Assembly (NCBI GenBank): GCA_035084275.1
Contig: JAYJKW010000228.1
Coordinates: 124,001-188,000 of the forward strand
Source: Hydrolagus colliei
Taxonomy: Eukaryota
Direction of reading: 5' to 3'
DNA: 64,000 bases
Position numbers and translations under genes: made by a program. The notes below the pieces were generated by a model. That model was not told the DNA's origin. It saw only the letters and a program-made list of their open reading frames with translations, and did no database searches. Below are positions 63,355 through 64,000 of the stretch, piece by piece; position 1 is the first letter of the stretch, and each line of letters begins with the position of its first letter.

Positions 63355-63650
63355 ATAACAACAAACAACAACAAATTACACTTATAAAGCGCCTTTCACG
63401 TCGGGAGGACGTCCCAAGGCGCTGCACAAGAGGCGTGTGACCCGAGCTGGGAGGGGAGTGTACGGGGAGGGGTGAAACACGTAGGGGAGGTCGAAAAATT
63501 CTGGGTGGAACAAAAGGCACGGTCGAAGAGGAAAGTCTTCAAACCGGTCTTGAAAGAGGAAAGGGAAGAAACGAGACGGAGGGATTGGGAGATGGAATTC
63601 CATAGGGTCGGAGCAGAAAAACTGAAGGCCCGGCCTCCGATGGTGGGGCC
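63355..63650 (-). mobile_element. L2 LINE 3' end
   Basis: IGGRAFSFSAPTLWNS...FKTGLKTFLF followed by 3'UTR and (TTG)n. Confidence 0.85.
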
Positions 63651-64000
63651 GTTCATTACGTTTTCACATGGAATACATACAAATATGTATGGTTTAGCAG
63701 ACTGAATGTAAACAATGCAAGCTGTTGTGTGAAGAATGGTTTATGAATGTAGCAGAGAAAGATCACTCGATCTTGGAGTCCTGTAGCTCAGTGATTAGAG
63801 CACTTGCCTGGCAAGACAGAGTCCTGGGTTTGATTCCTACCAGGGCAAAATGTTGGGTGAGTTTCCTTGTTCCACACCCTGTGTTTTGCTAAATTCAAGG
63901 ATTATTATTATTAAGATGCGGCTGAAGCATTTGGTAAGGCAATTTCTGGTCAAATTTCTTCCATTATCCATAAAACTTAGATTCAGTACTAACTGTTAAA

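Overview
Eukaryotic (vertebrate) genomic DNA, most likely a cartilaginous fish (repeat content points to a chimaera such as Callorhinchus; this is inference). It holds a complete 19-exon RFX6 gene on the minus strand (ATG at 42053, stop at 6807; 2814 nt CDS, 937 aa, all splice phases consistent, one GC-AG intron). Head-to-head 12.9 kb away are the first three coding exons of CCN6/WISP3 on the plus strand (from 54978; exons 4-5 not found and presumably beyond the window). The rest is intron/intergenic DNA rich in mobile elements: a young 5'-truncated CR1 LINE with a single frameshift, many L2 fragments, many tRNA-headed SINEs with L2-type tails, a hAT-type MITE with an 8-bp TSD, two Tc1/mariner-type MITEs, and two tiny TSD-flanked Penelope-like insertions carrying parts of a hammerhead ribozyme. 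There is one 140-N gap. Most notable: the ribozyme-bearing mini-elements, a CCN6 VWC domain with all 10 cysteines, the RFX6-CCN6 adjacency, a retroposon tail 40 bp upstream of the RFX6 ATG, a 102-bp-arm foldback near an RFX6 splice acceptor, and a TGATTGAT/TGACAG motif cluster between the genes. I found no convincing wholly new multi-gene system. All family assignments are from recall of the families, not database searches.
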